Source: Macrostomum hystrix (taxonomy: Eukaryota > Animalia > Platyhelminthes). From it: a stretch of 64,000 nt of DNA. Under the pieces are notes generated by a model. The model had not been told where the DNA came from. It did no database searches and saw only the letters and a list, made by a program, of their open reading frames with translations. The stretch's first letter is position 1; each line of letters begins with the position of its first letter. Positions 1 to 13,288 of this stretch are shown one piece after another. Position numbers and translations under genes: made by a program. The stretch is taken from the NCBI GenBank assembly GCA_950097015.1, contig CATNEN010000024.1:310001-374000 (forward strand). Direction: 5' to 3'.

Positions 1-3000
1 CAACCTCCTCTGGCGGGCTGCCGGAGCAAATGTCGGTGAAGCCGACAATGTCTGAGAAGAGCACAGTCACCATTGAGTACTTCTCAGCATCGACTCGCTC
101 TCGGTTGCGCAACGACTCGGCGACTCGCTTCGGCAGCATCTGGTAGAGCAGGTTGTCCGTCTTGCGCTTCTCCGCATTCAGGGCCTGCGTTGTCTTCGAG
201 AGCTGCGCAGTGGCCTCATTCAGCTTCTGGCTGTTTTAACATTTAGGGTAGGACAAAGTTCTTGCAGTGGAGAGACAAAGTTCATCACGTACCCATGTCG
301 GCTATTGTTGTTAATATTTTGTATTGATTATATAGTAAATTTCATATTTTTTTAACCAATATGGATTGGCCACAGAGTTCCGGGCAATGATAATTGTCCT
401 TGTCACCAGGGTCTTCGGTTTTCGGTTTTGAGAGCTATCGTGAAGTAGGCAGTTGTCTTTCAACAGGGGGAGGGTATCGTAGTCTTTCTACTGTTGATGA
501 GAGTTATAAAGAATGTTTGCGTTGGTTGTTGGCACTGACACACTTGAATTAATGTGAGTAGCATAACCTCAGAGCCACCAAATCCTCCTACTTTGTACGT
601 AAGTATGCTCACTTAATAGTGTGGTCCGCCTTCTGCTGCTGGTTGATTGTGATGAGCTCGCGTGTCACATCGAACAGCGGAATGTCGGACATGTACAAGC
701 TGTCCTGCTGCATCTGGTCCAGATTGGCCACCCGCAGGGAGCCCAGGAACACCAGCAGGCCCTGCTCCGGCAGGTGACGCATCTGGCCTGGAGACCGGGA
801 AAGGCGTACGGAATCATTCGCTAATTGGTAAGCATCTGCGTCAGCAGTGAAGCCTCTCTTTCTAGGAAAAATTCCACATTGCGTTTCGACCGGAAGTTTT
901 CACCTGTAACTACTGGCGTTGACAGTGCAAGCTAGTTGACGAAATCAGCTGCTTTAATAAAAATAATAATTGCAGGATTGCTGTGGGCACTGGCCATTAT
1001 CTAGTGACATTACTGGACCCTCAGCCAGCGTGAGGCAACTCTGCCCACTCCGCTGACTCCTGAGCACACACTCACACAAGTGTGTACATCTGCACTGACT
1101 TCTCATTGTCAGACAGTATACACTCTCATTCTTTTCCAAGCCACCAAGCCTTCTCTCCGCGGCTGTGCCCCTAATGAATGTGGCCTCGCCGCGGAATCGA
1201 GCTCAGTACCTCTGCGCGAGAGGCAAACGAATTCACCGCTCTGCCATTCACCACTCTAAATCAATGAGCTGCTAGTTAAGGAAAACGCGAACGAACTTTT
1301 CAGGGATAACTGTGATTTAGGCGCTACGGTTTTCGGAGAAATGTAAACCTTTCACGAAGACAATTCGTGGCACCACATCGATGCTTTCAACTGGGCCGTC
1401 CAGCCGGCGGAAGGCCAGCGTGAAGGCGGAGTTGATGAAGCGCAGAATCTCGGCGAACTCGGCGCCCACCAGCGGATTGGCGATGCTGAACGCGTCGGAG
1501 AAGGCGGCGCCGGGCCGGATTCCGGAATTGAACTGGCGCAGCTTCCGGCCGCACTGCACAATGTTCATCTGCCGGTCCAGCACCAGGTGATACGGCAGCA
1601 GGCTGGTCAGCTGGGCGTTGCTTAGCAACGGCTCCTGCCCGGCGCACTCAGCCCGGACGGATTCCGAATCTTCGTCTGTACTGCGAGATATTAGCGAAGC
1701 TCTGGATGCTGAGTCGCCGACAACGCGAATCTCGAGGCACACCTGTTCCACATAGGCTGTGCCCTCTGGGAATTCCTTGTCGACCCGCTGGGCTACGATC
1801 TTCACCTCCTGGTTGTAGATCTGGGCCGCCACGGCTCTTAGGAGACCTGCCAGTTTTATGGTCAATTGATTGGCGGCAATATTTTGGTGTTTACTTCGGA
1901 TCAGACTCTAAATTTAGGATATTTTCGGAAAGATCTAAGCATTGTGAAGGATAGTGTCAACAATATCAAAAGCTTAGCGAAGGACAGCGTCGACAAGATC
2001 AAAACCTTGGGGAAGGGTACTGTCGGCAAGATCAAAAGCTTAGCCAAGGATACTGTCGGCAAGATCAAAAGCTTAGCCAAGGATACTGTCAGCAAGATCA
2101 AAACCTTAGCCAAGGATACTGTCGGCAAGATCAAAAGCTTAGCCAAGGATACTGTCAGCAAGATCAAAAGCTTAGCCAAGGATACTGTCAGCAAGATCAA
2201 AACCTTAGCCAAGGATACTGTCGGCAAGACTAAATCTTAGCCAAGGATACTGTCGGCAAGACCAAAAGCTTAGCCAAGGATACTGTCGGCAAGATCAAAA
2301 GCTTGGGGAAGGATACTGTCGGCAAGATCAAAAGCTTGGGGAAGGATATTGTCGGCAAGATCAAAAGCTTGGGGAAGGATACTGTCGGCAAGATCAAAAC
2401 CTTAGCCAAGGATACTGTCGGCAAGATCAAAAGCTTGGGGAAGGATACTGTCGGCAAGATCAAAAGCTTGGGGAAGGATACTAATCAAAAATCTTAGTAA
2501 AGGATGAAATCCAAAAATGCGTGTACACATATATTTACAAGCTAACTCACCAACAGCAATCGGATATAGGCCTCGTCGTGTACTGTTGTATGTGACTAGC
2601 ATGTCGGGTCCGTTGCTCTCACCACTGCAATGTCGGAGATAAGGGTTTGTGTTTTATTGTTCCCTGAAATAGAATACGAGCTATAGCGTTTGTTCACTAA
2701 TGAAAACACTAATTCAGGAGTATATGGTAAAATACTATTTTACCTCGATATTCGATTCAATTCAGCCAGGAGTCAATGATGGAAGGTTTAGTAATCATTA
2801 TTTTTCAAGCCTTTTTAGCATTTTTAGGTATTTCATAACCTGGAATCAGTAAAGGCCACAGCAATGACAAAAATAACAAGATGCAAGCCTGAATATAAAA
2901 TAATTTTTCTTCAGCAGTCATAATAAGCTTAATTAAGACACCTATTTTTTGCCTAATTAAATCTGGCATTTTCAGTGGATTAGACACACACTTGAAACAG

Positions 3001-5673
3001 ATTATTATTAATTAAGGCATGGCAAAAATTTTGTTGATATGGGAAAGGCTTTAGACTTAAGGGCGTTCTGAGAGTTTAGATGTGAACTGGCTATGGTTTG
3101 TGGGGGTGCAGTTGGTGGAGGTATGAACTGGCTATGGTTTGTGGGGGTGCAGAGGGTGGAGGTGTGAACTGGCTATGGTTTGTGGGGGTGCAGTTAGTGG
3201 AGGTGTGAATTGGCTATGGTTTGTGGGGGTGCAGAGGGTGGAGGTGTGAACTGGCTATGGTTTGTGGGGGTGCAGTTGGTGGAGGTGTGAACTGGCTATA
3301 GTTTGTGGGGGTGCAGATGGTGGAGGTATGAACTGGCTATAGTTTGTGGGGGTGCAGAGGGTGGAGGTGTGAACTGGCTATGGTTTGTGGGGGTGCAGTT
3401 GGTGGAGGTATGAACTGGCTATGGTTTGTGGGGGTGCAGAGGGTGGAGGTGTGAACTGGCTATGGTTTGTGGGGGTGCAGTTGGTGGAGGTGTGAACTGG
3501 CTATAGTTTGTGGGGGTGCAGATGGTGGAGGTGTGAACTGGCTATGGTTTGTGGGGATGCAGTTGGTGGAGGTATGAACTGGCTATGGTTTGTGGGGGTG
3601 CAGTTGGTGGAGGTATGAACTGGCTATGGTTTGTGGGGGTGCAGTTGGTGGAGGTGTGAACTGGCTATGGTTTGTGGGGGTGCAGTTGGTGGAGGTTTTA
3701 TCTGGCTCTGGTTTGTGGGGGTGCAGAGGGTGAATGTGTATAGGAACACTATTTTATTGAGTTGAAATGATTGGATAAATTAGCGCAGAAGAGCTCACAG
3801 AAATGATGGCGGCACCATTTCAGTGTAGGTGAGCTGCAACAGGTTGTGCAGCGAGTCCAGATTCACAATGAAGGTGGCCAGGTCATCGCCGAGGGACCGA
3901 ATCATCGAGGCGAAGTTCATGCGCACAGCGTAGGTAAGAAAATATTCGCCGTAGAGTTCCAGTAGGGCCGGCACTTCTATGCCTGTATAATTAAGCAAGC
4001 AAACACAAGCGATTGCGGGCAAAGAAGAATTGAGTACCGTTCTTAGAGCTAGATGAGATATGTTGGGTCAACGGCTTAGCCAGACTCGTGATTAAATCTG
4101 CGAGTGAAAATGCAGTCAAAGCTGGCTTAGCAAAAGTTACAATAAAGTTTTAAAAGGGCAAGCTCAACTCTTGCTGGATAATTAAAATCTCTGATAGCAA
4201 AGTAGCTAAGCGTGCATTCCACTTTTAAATCAGATTAATCTGGTTATGCTTCCACTCTCAAAAGCCGAAGCACAGGTCGCGTTTTTCAAATGAAAATTCG
4301 AAGAGCGCGCAAATTAATGCAAATAACGTGCGCCATTTTTTTATCGCCCAAGCTTTGAAAACTAATCGAATACGAAAACATCCCCTCGACGGGCTAAAAA
4401 CAACTCAACAACAACACCCACCCCAGTAGACCACAATACCCACCCCAGTAGGCCACAACACCCACCCCAGTAGACCACAATACCCACCGCAGTAGACCAC
4501 AACACCCACCCCAGTAGACCACAATACCCACCCCAGTAGACCACAATACCCACCCCAGTAGGCCACAACACCCACCCCAGTAGACCACAATACCCACCCC
4601 AGTAGGCCACAACACCCACCCCAGTAGACCACAATACCCACCCCAGTAGACCACAACACCCAGCCCAGTAGACCACAACACCCACCCTAGTAGACCACAA
4701 CACCCACCCCAGTAGGCCAGCACCCACCCCAGTAGACCACAATACCCACCCCAGTAGACCACAATACCCACCCCAGTAGGCCACAACACCCACCCCAGTA
4801 GACCACAATACCCACCCCAGTAGACCACAACACCCAGCCCAGTAGACCACAACACCCACCCCAGTAGACCACAACACCCACCCCAGTAGGCCAGCACCCA
4901 CCCCAGTAGGCCACAGCACCCACCCCAGTAGACAAGCACCCACCCCAGTAGGCCAGCACCCACCCCAGTAGACAAGCACCCATCCCAGTAGGCCACAACA
5001 CCCACCCCAGTAGGCCATTAGCCACCCTAATGTGCCACAAGCCACTAACCACCCCAATATGCCACTAACCACCCCAATAGGCCACATAACCACCCCAATA
5101 TGCCACTAAAAGGTCATCGCAAAATTGATTGAGACCAAATCTATGAATGAGCTCACCAACAACCTTGGAGATGGTTTCAATCAGTATGAAAGTCTTCCTG
5201 TCCGGGTAGCCCTTCAGCAGTTGAAAATCTTCGTAGTCGTCAAGGTCAGCCAGAATCCTGCAGTTATCGAGACATATTCAACATATAAATATAGACCAAT
5301 TTTAGCCTAGAAACATATTTTTTTAAGTTATCACGTCATGTTGCAGCAAAAGTCGTCAACTCGTACAAGATTCGAGCCCAAGTCCGTTCGTCAAACTTCT
5401 CGAGCACCATCTGCTTGGCGCAAAAGTGAATATGGCCAAACTGAAATGCATTGATGGGCGGCTGAGTGGCGGGGGTTGTAAATGCGTTTGTCCCCAGGCG
5501 AGGCCACCATTCAAAAGTCAGGCCAGATGTACACACCTGTGTGTGTGTGTGCTCAGGGGTTAGCGGAATGGGCAGAATTGCCTCCTGGCTGTGGGTCTAC
5601 TGTCTCCAGCAAATAAGTTGCTTCATGAAATATTTGTGTTGTTTTCAAACACCGCGGACCAGTGTCTCACCAT
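1..5673 (-). CDS. Soluble (heme H-NOX) guanylate cyclase, beta2/GCY-35-like; 3' end runs off the window
   Basis: Exons read manually with GT-AG ends and consistent phases: 5673-5671 (ATG|GTGAGA), 5440-5367, 5257-5157, 3982-3799, 2624-2551, 1846-1349, 787-613, 230-<1. Translation gives an H-NOX domain (MFGHIHF..., DSLH with His at residue 105, YNSTR = YxSxR heme motif), HNOBA/PAS (GQMR..LYMSDIPLFDVTRELI), a coiled coil and the cyclase start VTVLFSDIVGFT. Confidence 0.93.
960..1255 (-). mobile_element. SINE family A copy (diverged) in sGC intron
   Basis: Same body (CTCACACAAGTGTGTACATCTGC, AAGCCTTCTCTCCGCGGCTG, GGAATCGA, CCGCTCTGCCA) and ATT tail as the 27332 copy. Confidence 0.82.
1925..2495. 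repeat. 33-bp minisatellite in sGC intron
   Basis: Unit AAGATCAAAAGCTTAGCCAAGGATACTGTCGGC. Confidence 0.95.
3082..3725. repeat. 41-bp minisatellite in sGC intron
   Basis: Unit GTGAACTGGCTATGGTTTGTGGGGGTGCAGTTGGTGGAGGT. Confidence 0.95.
4405..5105. repeat. 22-bp minisatellite in sGC intron
   Basis: Unit CACAACACCCACCCCAGTAGAC. Confidence 0.95.
5455..5610 (+). mobile_element. SINE family A fragment in sGC intron 1
   Basis: AAAGTCAGGCCAGATGTACACACCTGTGTG...CTCAGGGGTTAGCGGAATGGGCAGAATTGCCTCC matches the SINE A 3' half. Confidence 0.75.
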
Positions 5674-7507
5674 TTCGAACTGTGTCAGGCCGTTGTGAAT
5701 CGCGAAGCCCTTGCGTGAATGCCTGCTGGATTCTGAGCAGACAAACGGCCTCTGGGCCTTCCGACTTATTACTGCCTTGGCAAAGACTTGGCTCAGCCAA
5801 TCACCGACCGGGGATTAGAGCGCAGGTTAATTCAGGGCTGGAGATTACTCTCCCGCGTCGCCAGGTAGTCAGATTTCGAACTCAGTCTCCAATCTTCATA
5901 ACGTGGATCGCATTTCCTATAGTTGGAAATTCAATTTAAACAACTCGTCTTCCCCCTGGCCCCGCATGAGGCAATGCAGAAGGAAGCCCACGATGTGCCA
6001 TTCGAGCGGACTGGCACGCGAAACATTAATCAGGGCCTCTCCAAAAGGGAGTTCCGATCATTGCCCAACAGGTGCAGGGCTGAGGGCACGCAATTAGAGG
6101 CGTTGGAGCGGGTGCTCAAAAAATAGCTGCAAACCAGTACAGTATTAGCAGAGGCCATGTTTCATTGATGAATCTGCATTAGATCAATTGTCTATTTGTT
6201 TGGTTGTTTGCTAGGCTTCGCTTTAATCATAATTATTCGAAATTACGAGTTTCTTTCGACTGAAGAAAACTCGGGTTTTTTAATGATTCCCAGGTATTTA
6301 ACTATTGAACATACTCGAACTAAAAGTACCGCACACTAAGCAGCTTTACTATGCTTACAATGCTACAATGGCGGCCCAATTTAAAGTAAAAAAAGCTACC
6401 GCTTCGGCGAGCAAGAACTGGCTGGAAGTCGTCTAATTAAAATGTTTTCGTTCTCAAAGTCCATAATGTTCTACTTTATTCCGTTTCTTTCCTTAAAAAA
6501 TAGTCTCGCGCGTTCTGTAAAAAATGAGCAGTCATTGGATTTAGACCTTCTAGAACAAAATCAAAAAGTAAATCGAAAGCACCTAAATGAATCGATTGAA
6601 GCCACGTCAAGCTAGACAGACGGTCGTAGGTCGTAGATTCGTAAAGAGCAAATTGAATTGCGAGTATTGAAGCTTCACTCTAATTCCCACGCTTCACAGG
6701 ACAGTGGGTGCAAGGCTTCGCCGCCAATAGAATTAATATATATAATTCTATAATATAATTACAACAAAAAACTAGCAATACTTGTACAGCAGCTATTTGA
6801 AAACTTGCCTTCGCCTGTTCATTGTTAATCCTAATAATTAAACAAGGGCCAGTGAATAGAGCATCGGACTTTTGACCGACTAGCTTAAAACTGGTCTAGG
6901 CGCAATTTCTATTCCCGTCTTGAAACAAAGCAACAAGTGCAACGCAACTAAATTTAAGTTTAGATACATAGAGCGGCAAAATGAATCGAATGAAGCATTG
7001 CACAATGCATGTTGTCTTAGTCGATATTAGTAATTTCAAGTTTATTTATATGATAATGTGAAACAGCTGGGTAGGATAAGACTTCGTTTAGCGATCATAA
7101 ATGTAAAAAAAGCTGATAAAATGCAAATTACTTTGTGTAAAGTGGCTTAGAAAAATAGAAGATTTTCCACACTAAATACACTGCTAGGAATATAAAGAGC
7201 AGCACCAGATAAATTTAGGGACATTGAGTACTAGACAGTGGTAAAAAGTAGATTTACCGCCAATTGAAATGCAGCGTAACGTTGACAGATGACTGGAGAA
7301 AGAATGATTGCACACATTCGAATAGTAAATACTCAGGTTTAAAATGGGGGATAAATACAATATGCATAAAATGCCTTTCACTTACAGAAAATCGGGATCA
7401 GCTGTATTTGGATAGTTTTGAAATCGGAAACGATAATTCAGACGCAAACACTTACGGCTTCAATACAAGATTGGATCACAATATTTATTACTCAGCTGCA
7501 GTGGAAT

Positions 7508-10500
7508 TTACCTGCGTCGTACAGTATTGCCGCTCCAGTCTATGCGGCCCTCGACGCGCAGCTGATTGAGGGCGTCCTCCAATAGGTCGCGGCTAATTAG
7601 CCTCTCGGTGCGGGAGCGCACCTCCTCTAGCAGCTTGTGCATGGTTAGCACCTTGGCGCCGCTGTCCTCCAAATAGGCGGCCACCGCCTGGGCCACCTCG
7701 TGGCGGCGCTTACGCAACGAGACCGACATGCCTGGGAGAAGAATTTAAGGAAGAAAATGTCCAAGGTATTGTACCTCAAAGCCGAAATCTACCCAAGGCA
7801 AACTGAGAGAGCCACATTCACTCACCTGTAGTGAGAATATTGACATCGATAAGGCCAGTAGCGGGATCGGTGGCCGCCTGTTTCAGCGCTTCACGCTGCA
7901 GTCTGCGAGCCTCGCGACAGTCCATCTCGGTGACTTCGCTGCTCCAACGCATACGGGCGTGCGCCTCGGACAGACGAATGAGAGACTCCAGCTGGCGAGG
8001 ATAGGCGGATACGGCGCCTCGGCCGGCGATGCGGCGCATTTCGACGTACTCGGACACCAGGTAGATTTGAGCCTCCTGGGATAGGCGAGGCTGGAAATTC
8101 GCCTTGGCGTAGCCAATGTAGTCGCGCATCAGCTGGGCATCGGCGGACTCCTCAGTCATGGCGTCCTGGCCGCGATAGTAGCAGCTGACCAGGTGCCTAG
8201 CCAGTCGGGCGTCGTACATCTCGTCCTGCGGATCCAGCATCAGGAAGATCAGATCAAAGCGGCTAAGCAGAGCGTGGCCCAGTTGAACATTCTCAACAAT
8301 GCTCTTGCGCATGTCCCAGTTGGAGTGGGCGGGATTAGCGGCGGCTAGGATTGAAGTGCGCGCATTCAACTGACAGATAATGCCAGCTTTGGCCAGTGAC
8401 AGAGTCTGCTGTTCCATCACTTCGTGCAGGATGGATCGGGTCTGATCGGTCATCTTGTCGAACTCATCGATGCAGCAGATGCCTGAAGATTTTTTGGCAG
8501 CGGGGGAGGCTGGCTAATTGAACAAAAGAACAGTGTTGCTCGAGCAGCTTAAATTAGTTAATAAATTGATAGCTGTACTTTTATTTTTAAGGTGCTATGA
8601 GGATATAGGCATAGACATGGGATGACACATTGATGTGGTGATTTGGCAAGGGAAAGAATTTTATACAAGTAGGTGAATTTCGCCCCAGGAAAGTGTGCGG
8701 AAGCAATTCTCTCTGATATTTAAATTAGTTCTCGCTATTTAAGACGAGCAGTAAGAGTGCAAAAAGATTGAGTAGGTACGTGTACGTTGAGTACACACTG
8801 AGCATTCGGATCTGTTGCAAAAAAGTTACCCAGAAAGGAAACAGTTAACGACAAGAATACAGATCTAAATAATATTGGAAAAAAGGACCCGACAAGCTTA
8901 CCTCTATCAGCCAGAACCAGGGCGCCAGTCTGCAGGGCCACCTGGCCAGTATCTGGCTCCTTGGTGACGTAGGCAGTAAGGCCAACAGCTGACGAGCCCT
9001 TACCGGAGGTGTACTGGCCCCGTGGCATTAGCCGGTACACATAGTGCAACAGCTGCGATTTTGAAGTGCCCGGATCGCCGCACAGCAGGATGTTAATCTC
9101 CGATCGGAAATGGCCGGCATCTTTGAAGTGTTTGTCGGCTCCGCCGAACAGTTGCAATAGCAGGCCCTTTTTGATGTCTTCGTGCTCGTAGATTGACGGA
9201 GCAATGGCGGAGCTGAGTCGCTCGTATAGGTCAGACTTTCGGTTGAGAGCTCGCAGCTGTTCCACCCGAGCCGGGGTCAGGCAGCTACTGGCGTCGCCGG
9301 TGTCTGGGCCGCTCTTCTCACGCTCAAAGTGCACCACATCGATGTGGGTTTGGAACACTGACAGAATCGAAGTCTGCCTGCAAATAAAACCGTCAAATCA
9401 TAAGAATCAATTCGTCAACTTCAATTTGACTAGTTACGGTTGTGGGAGTCTATGCCAATTGACATGTGGCTAAAAACGAACCTTGGATTAGCCCTCATAG
9501 GCGTGGCCCGGTAGATGCCGGTAATGGTGACCCGGTCGCCGGGCAGCACAGTGTCCACTAGATCGCCGTAGGCGTACACCAACAGAGTCTGCGGAGTCTG
9601 ACCGGGTGGCATTTCGTCTGGCGACTCTTGCAGTTTGACGCGCTGCTTGTCAGTGAATTTGCAGCGATTGTGCACCAGGTCGAAGGTGTTGCGGCCCTGA
9701 GAAAGTTGTTTATTTTATTTCTTTTATAAAAAAACTATAAATATGACGTGTAGGCCAATTGATGATGTAGTAAGGCTACGGACAGGTCAATTGATGATCT
9801 AGTAAGGCTACGGACAGCTCAATTGATGATCTAGTAAGGCTACGGACAGGTCAATTGATGATGTAGTAAGGCTACGGACAGGTCAAGATGAGGATCTAGT
9901 AAGGCTACGGACAGGTCAAGATGAGGATCTAGTAAGGCTACGGACAGGTCAAGATGAGGATCTAGTAAGGCTACGGACAGGTCAAGATGAGGATCTAGTA
10001 AGGCTACGGACAGGTCAATTGATGATGTAGTAAGGCTACGGACAGGTCAAGATGAGGATCTAGTAAGGCTACGGACAGGTCAATTGATGATCTAGTAAGG
10101 CTAGAGACAGGTCAATTGATGATGTAGTAAGGCTACGGACAGGTCAAGATGATGATCTAGTAAGGCTACGGACAGGTCAAGATGATGATCTAGTAAGGCT
10201 ACGGACAGGTCAAGATGATGATCTAGTAAGGCTACGGACAGGTCAAGATGATGATCTAGTAAGGCTACGGACAGGTCAAGATGATGATCTAGTAAGGCTA
10301 CGGACAGGTCAAGATGATGATCTAGTAAGGCTACGGACAGGTCAAGATGATGATCTAGTAAGGCTACGGACAGGTCAAGATGATGATCTAGTAAGGCTAC
10401 GGACAGGTCAAGATGATGATCTAGTAAGGCTACGGACAGGTCAAGATGAGGATTTGGGAAGGCAGGCTGATTCGAGAATTTTGTCAGAGACAAGCATACA

Positions 10501-11579
10501 ATGCAACTTACGTGAGGAATCAAGAAGGTGCACTTAAAATTAGACAGAAATGACGTAAAGTCAGAGTGAAAAGAGGGAGAGATGCGAATTAATTGCTAGA
10601 ATTTCATCATTTCTCTTCATCAAGAGAAACCAGAAACATTCGCAGTTCCAAAAATAAAGATGATTTGTGAAGGGCGAAACAGAGCATGCTAATGCTACTC
10701 GTATTAGAATTGATAAAATTAAGAACACACCTGACACGTTGGACACAGAACAGGCTCAACAATGCGGCCCCTATCTAGCACACTCTGAGCCTGCTGATCG
10801 CACAGGGAACAACAGAACAGACCAACTCGCATCTCGGGTATGATAGGCGACAGTCGGGTGACCATGCCGCGTACAGTCACCAGCTGGTCAATATCCTCGG
10901 GATCTAGGGCGCGCAATGACCGGGCTCTGTCGCAGTTGAATGGCCGGACCATGATCTCCTGTTCTAGTACGGCGTCTCTGTACTGCTCGGCAAACATGGC
11001 GTTGGTGACAACATCTAGAGCTGGAATAACTTCGCCAGGATAAGTTACTAGCTGGCGATAGAGTTCAGCTGAGAATTGGCGCAGGTGGGCGCAATCAATA
11101 TCCAGGTGGCGATCGCCGAGTACGTAGATCTCGTCTAATTTGCCCATGTAGTGAGGCGCCTCACCCTCCTTCAGTACAAAAAAGTGATTAAACATTTTTT
11201 AGACTAGTTTTTGAAGGACACGAATTCAAATTAAAACTGAAGCACTCACCCGCGAAGTGAATGTAGTAATAAAGGTGCGAAATTCGCGCTCAATGCGGCC
11301 AACATTCACATCGGTGCCCCAGATAACAACGCCACCGTCGTCCGCATTGGGCTCTAACGCAATGGTCCGCCGTTCAGCCTGGTCCTCGCGAAGGCCCGGC
11401 CGCATGTTCGAGCGATTGGAGGCGGCAGCGCCGGCGCCAGACACCGAAGTTGGCTGCTGCCCGGAGGGCGGGCCGCCACTTGGTCCATAGCGCAGCGGCG
11501 AGCTATAGTCGACCTCGGAGTCGTGGATGCCGCTAGGCTCGCCAACGCCAGCTCCGCCTCGCCGGTCTGCTTCAGACAT
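7508..11579 (-). CDS. MCM4: DNA replication licensing factor MCM4
   Basis: Exons 11579-11250, 11168-10731, 9696-9482, 9377-8902, 8482-7826, 7731-7508 (sum 2340 nt, 780 codons). Contains IWGTDVNV, a C4 zinc finger (CSLC..CPTC), Walker [12 protein letters not shown], Walker [10 protein letters not shown], arginine finger SRFD and a winged-helix C-terminus. Confidence 0.96.
9757..10455. repeat. 33-bp minisatellite in MCM4 intron 2
   Basis: Unit AGGTCAAGATGATGATCTAGTAAGGCTACGGAC. Confidence 0.95.
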
Positions 11580-11934
11580 TGTTTGATGTCTTGAGAACTC
11601 AAGCTAGATTTGCTCTTTTATTAATAAAACGGAGATTCGAAACAATGCTGCTTAAATGGAAATTTAAAGCTATTGTTTACTACTTATAGTAGAAAGTGTG
11701 AATCAACCGATGAATGCATCAATTTTTGCGTCTAAAAAGATTTAGGCTGCAGCCTTAACAGCCTGTACAACTCTCTTGTCAGGGGTGTGCCAGATCTGCT
11801 ACTCTCGCGGTCCTAGCTGTCCCGACCCCTAACCAAACAATGAGGCATTTTCCATGCTTAGGGCTTCCCTGACTCACCTTGCAAAGTCAGTTTGAGTTTG
11901 CAATTAAGCACATCTAAATGCCTATCCCGGTCAG

Positions 11935-12213
11935 ACCTGCAACCAGCGAGGAAGCAATTCTTACTCCTGAGCTGACTCCTGAGCACACACGCTCACACAG
12001 GTGTGTACATCTGCCCTGACTTTCTCATCGTCAGGCAGTGTACACACTCAGTGTGCCTTGGAGATTGGCCCTCAAGGGCGTAAATTGCACGACAAGCCCC
12101 AAAAGCCTTCTCTCCGCGGCTGCGCCCCAAATAAATGTGGCCTCGCCGTGGAATCGAACTTAGGGACCTTGGTGGGAGAGGCAAACGCGATAACCGCTCT
12201 GCCAACGACCCCC
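11935..12213 (-). mobile_element. SINE family A copy between H2A.Z and MCM4
   Basis: Near-identical body and tRNA head to the 27332 copy; the 3' tail is degraded. Confidence 0.88.
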
Positions 12214-12889
12214 TATCATAAGGACTATAATAAGTACTAATAGAAAGCAGAAGATTTAAACGAATTAAACGAGTTAATTTTAGACAGTCTACAGACAGAT
12301 CGAGTGCTTAACTCGTTTATTAATTAAAATAAAATAATATTTATTGCTACTATGTGTTTTGGTCAAATACAAACAGCAGGGACGTATGTATTTTATAAGC
12401 GCATAAAAACGGAACAAAAATAGCAATCACTTGGAGCTAATTATATAAGTGGCTAAAAACGGCACACCACAAATAAATATTAAGCTGATGGGAGTTAAAT
12501 GTAGGCACAACATAAAAAGCTAAATGTTTATTATACACCTTTAGATTATAATGGCCTTGCAGTTAAAGCATGTGTATACTTACAAGTATAGAAATTAGAG
12601 AAATGAAAATGATGATGACAGCGCTGGGCCGGACAAATGGCTAGATTGAAATCTGTTAAATCAGTGCCCGTGTTATAATATACAAAGTACTAAGAGTAAA
12701 AAAGAAAAGCAGAGCTGCCAGAAAACACGCTAAAAATAGATACACGAAAAAAATTAACGACAAAACAAAAAACAGGCTTAGTTTAGTAGAGAGAATCGTG
12801 TGATTCGAGTTGCATTATACTAATAGGAGCCCAAACTGCTCAAGGATGCATTTAGCTAGCGATTGTTACATTTGCATGCATGCTGGGTT

Positions 12890-13288
12890 TTACTGGCCCT
12901 TGGGCGGCACAGTAGCGGCGCCCTTCTTGTTGACTAGGCTCTTGTGAATATGCGGAATGACACCGCCGCCAGCGATGGTGGCCTTGATAAGGGTGTCCAG
13001 TTCTTCGTCACCGCGAATAGCCAGCTGAAGATGGCGCGGCGTGATACGCTTAACTCGCAGATCCTTACTGGCGTTGCCAGCCAATTCCAGCACCTCGGCA
13101 GTCAGGTACTCCAGGATTGCGGCGCTGTATACTGCGGCTGTGGCGCCAACACGGCCGTGACTAGTTGTACGCGTTTTCAGATGACGATGAATACGACCAA
13201 CGGGGAATTGTAGGCCGGCGCGGGCCGACCTAGAGATGGCCTTCTGCTTGGCCTTGCCGCTGTCTTTGCCTGCTTTGCCACCGGCCAT
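12890..13288 (-). CDS. H2AZ: Histone variant H2A.Z/H2A.V (intronless CDS)
   Basis: [14 protein letters not shown]...[15 protein letters not shown]...[38 protein letters not shown] is near-canonical H2A.Z. A polypyrimidine/CAG acceptor lies about 25 nt upstream of the ATG. Confidence 0.98.
   Translation of the reverse strand: MAGGKAGKDSGKAKQKAISRSARAGLQFPVGRIHRHLKTRTTSHGRVGATAAVYSAAILEYLTAEVLELAGNASKDLRVKRITPRHLQLAIRGDEELDTLIKATIAGGGVIPHIHKSLVNKKGAATVPPKGQ

Noticed and set aside
4362-5093. Long W/G/C/Y-rich ORFs (also 44239-45205, 10101-10523, 45563-46018, 46561-47106, 61622-62901 N-terminal part, 58531-59123, 60695-61411)
   Set aside because: Artefacts of stop-free minisatellite or TIR subrepeat units; no independent coding evidence.
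5923-6126. 67-aa + strand ORF upstream of sGC
   Set aside because: Non-ATG start, no recognisable motif; it lies in the probable sGC 5'/promoter region.
12010-12045. CTGACGA-TGA-GAAA in the SINE A body resembles a hammerhead core
   Set aside because: Only 3 nt lie between CUGANGA and GAAA, with no stem III/UH geometry. It is simply a hairpin (CCTGAC...GTCAGG).
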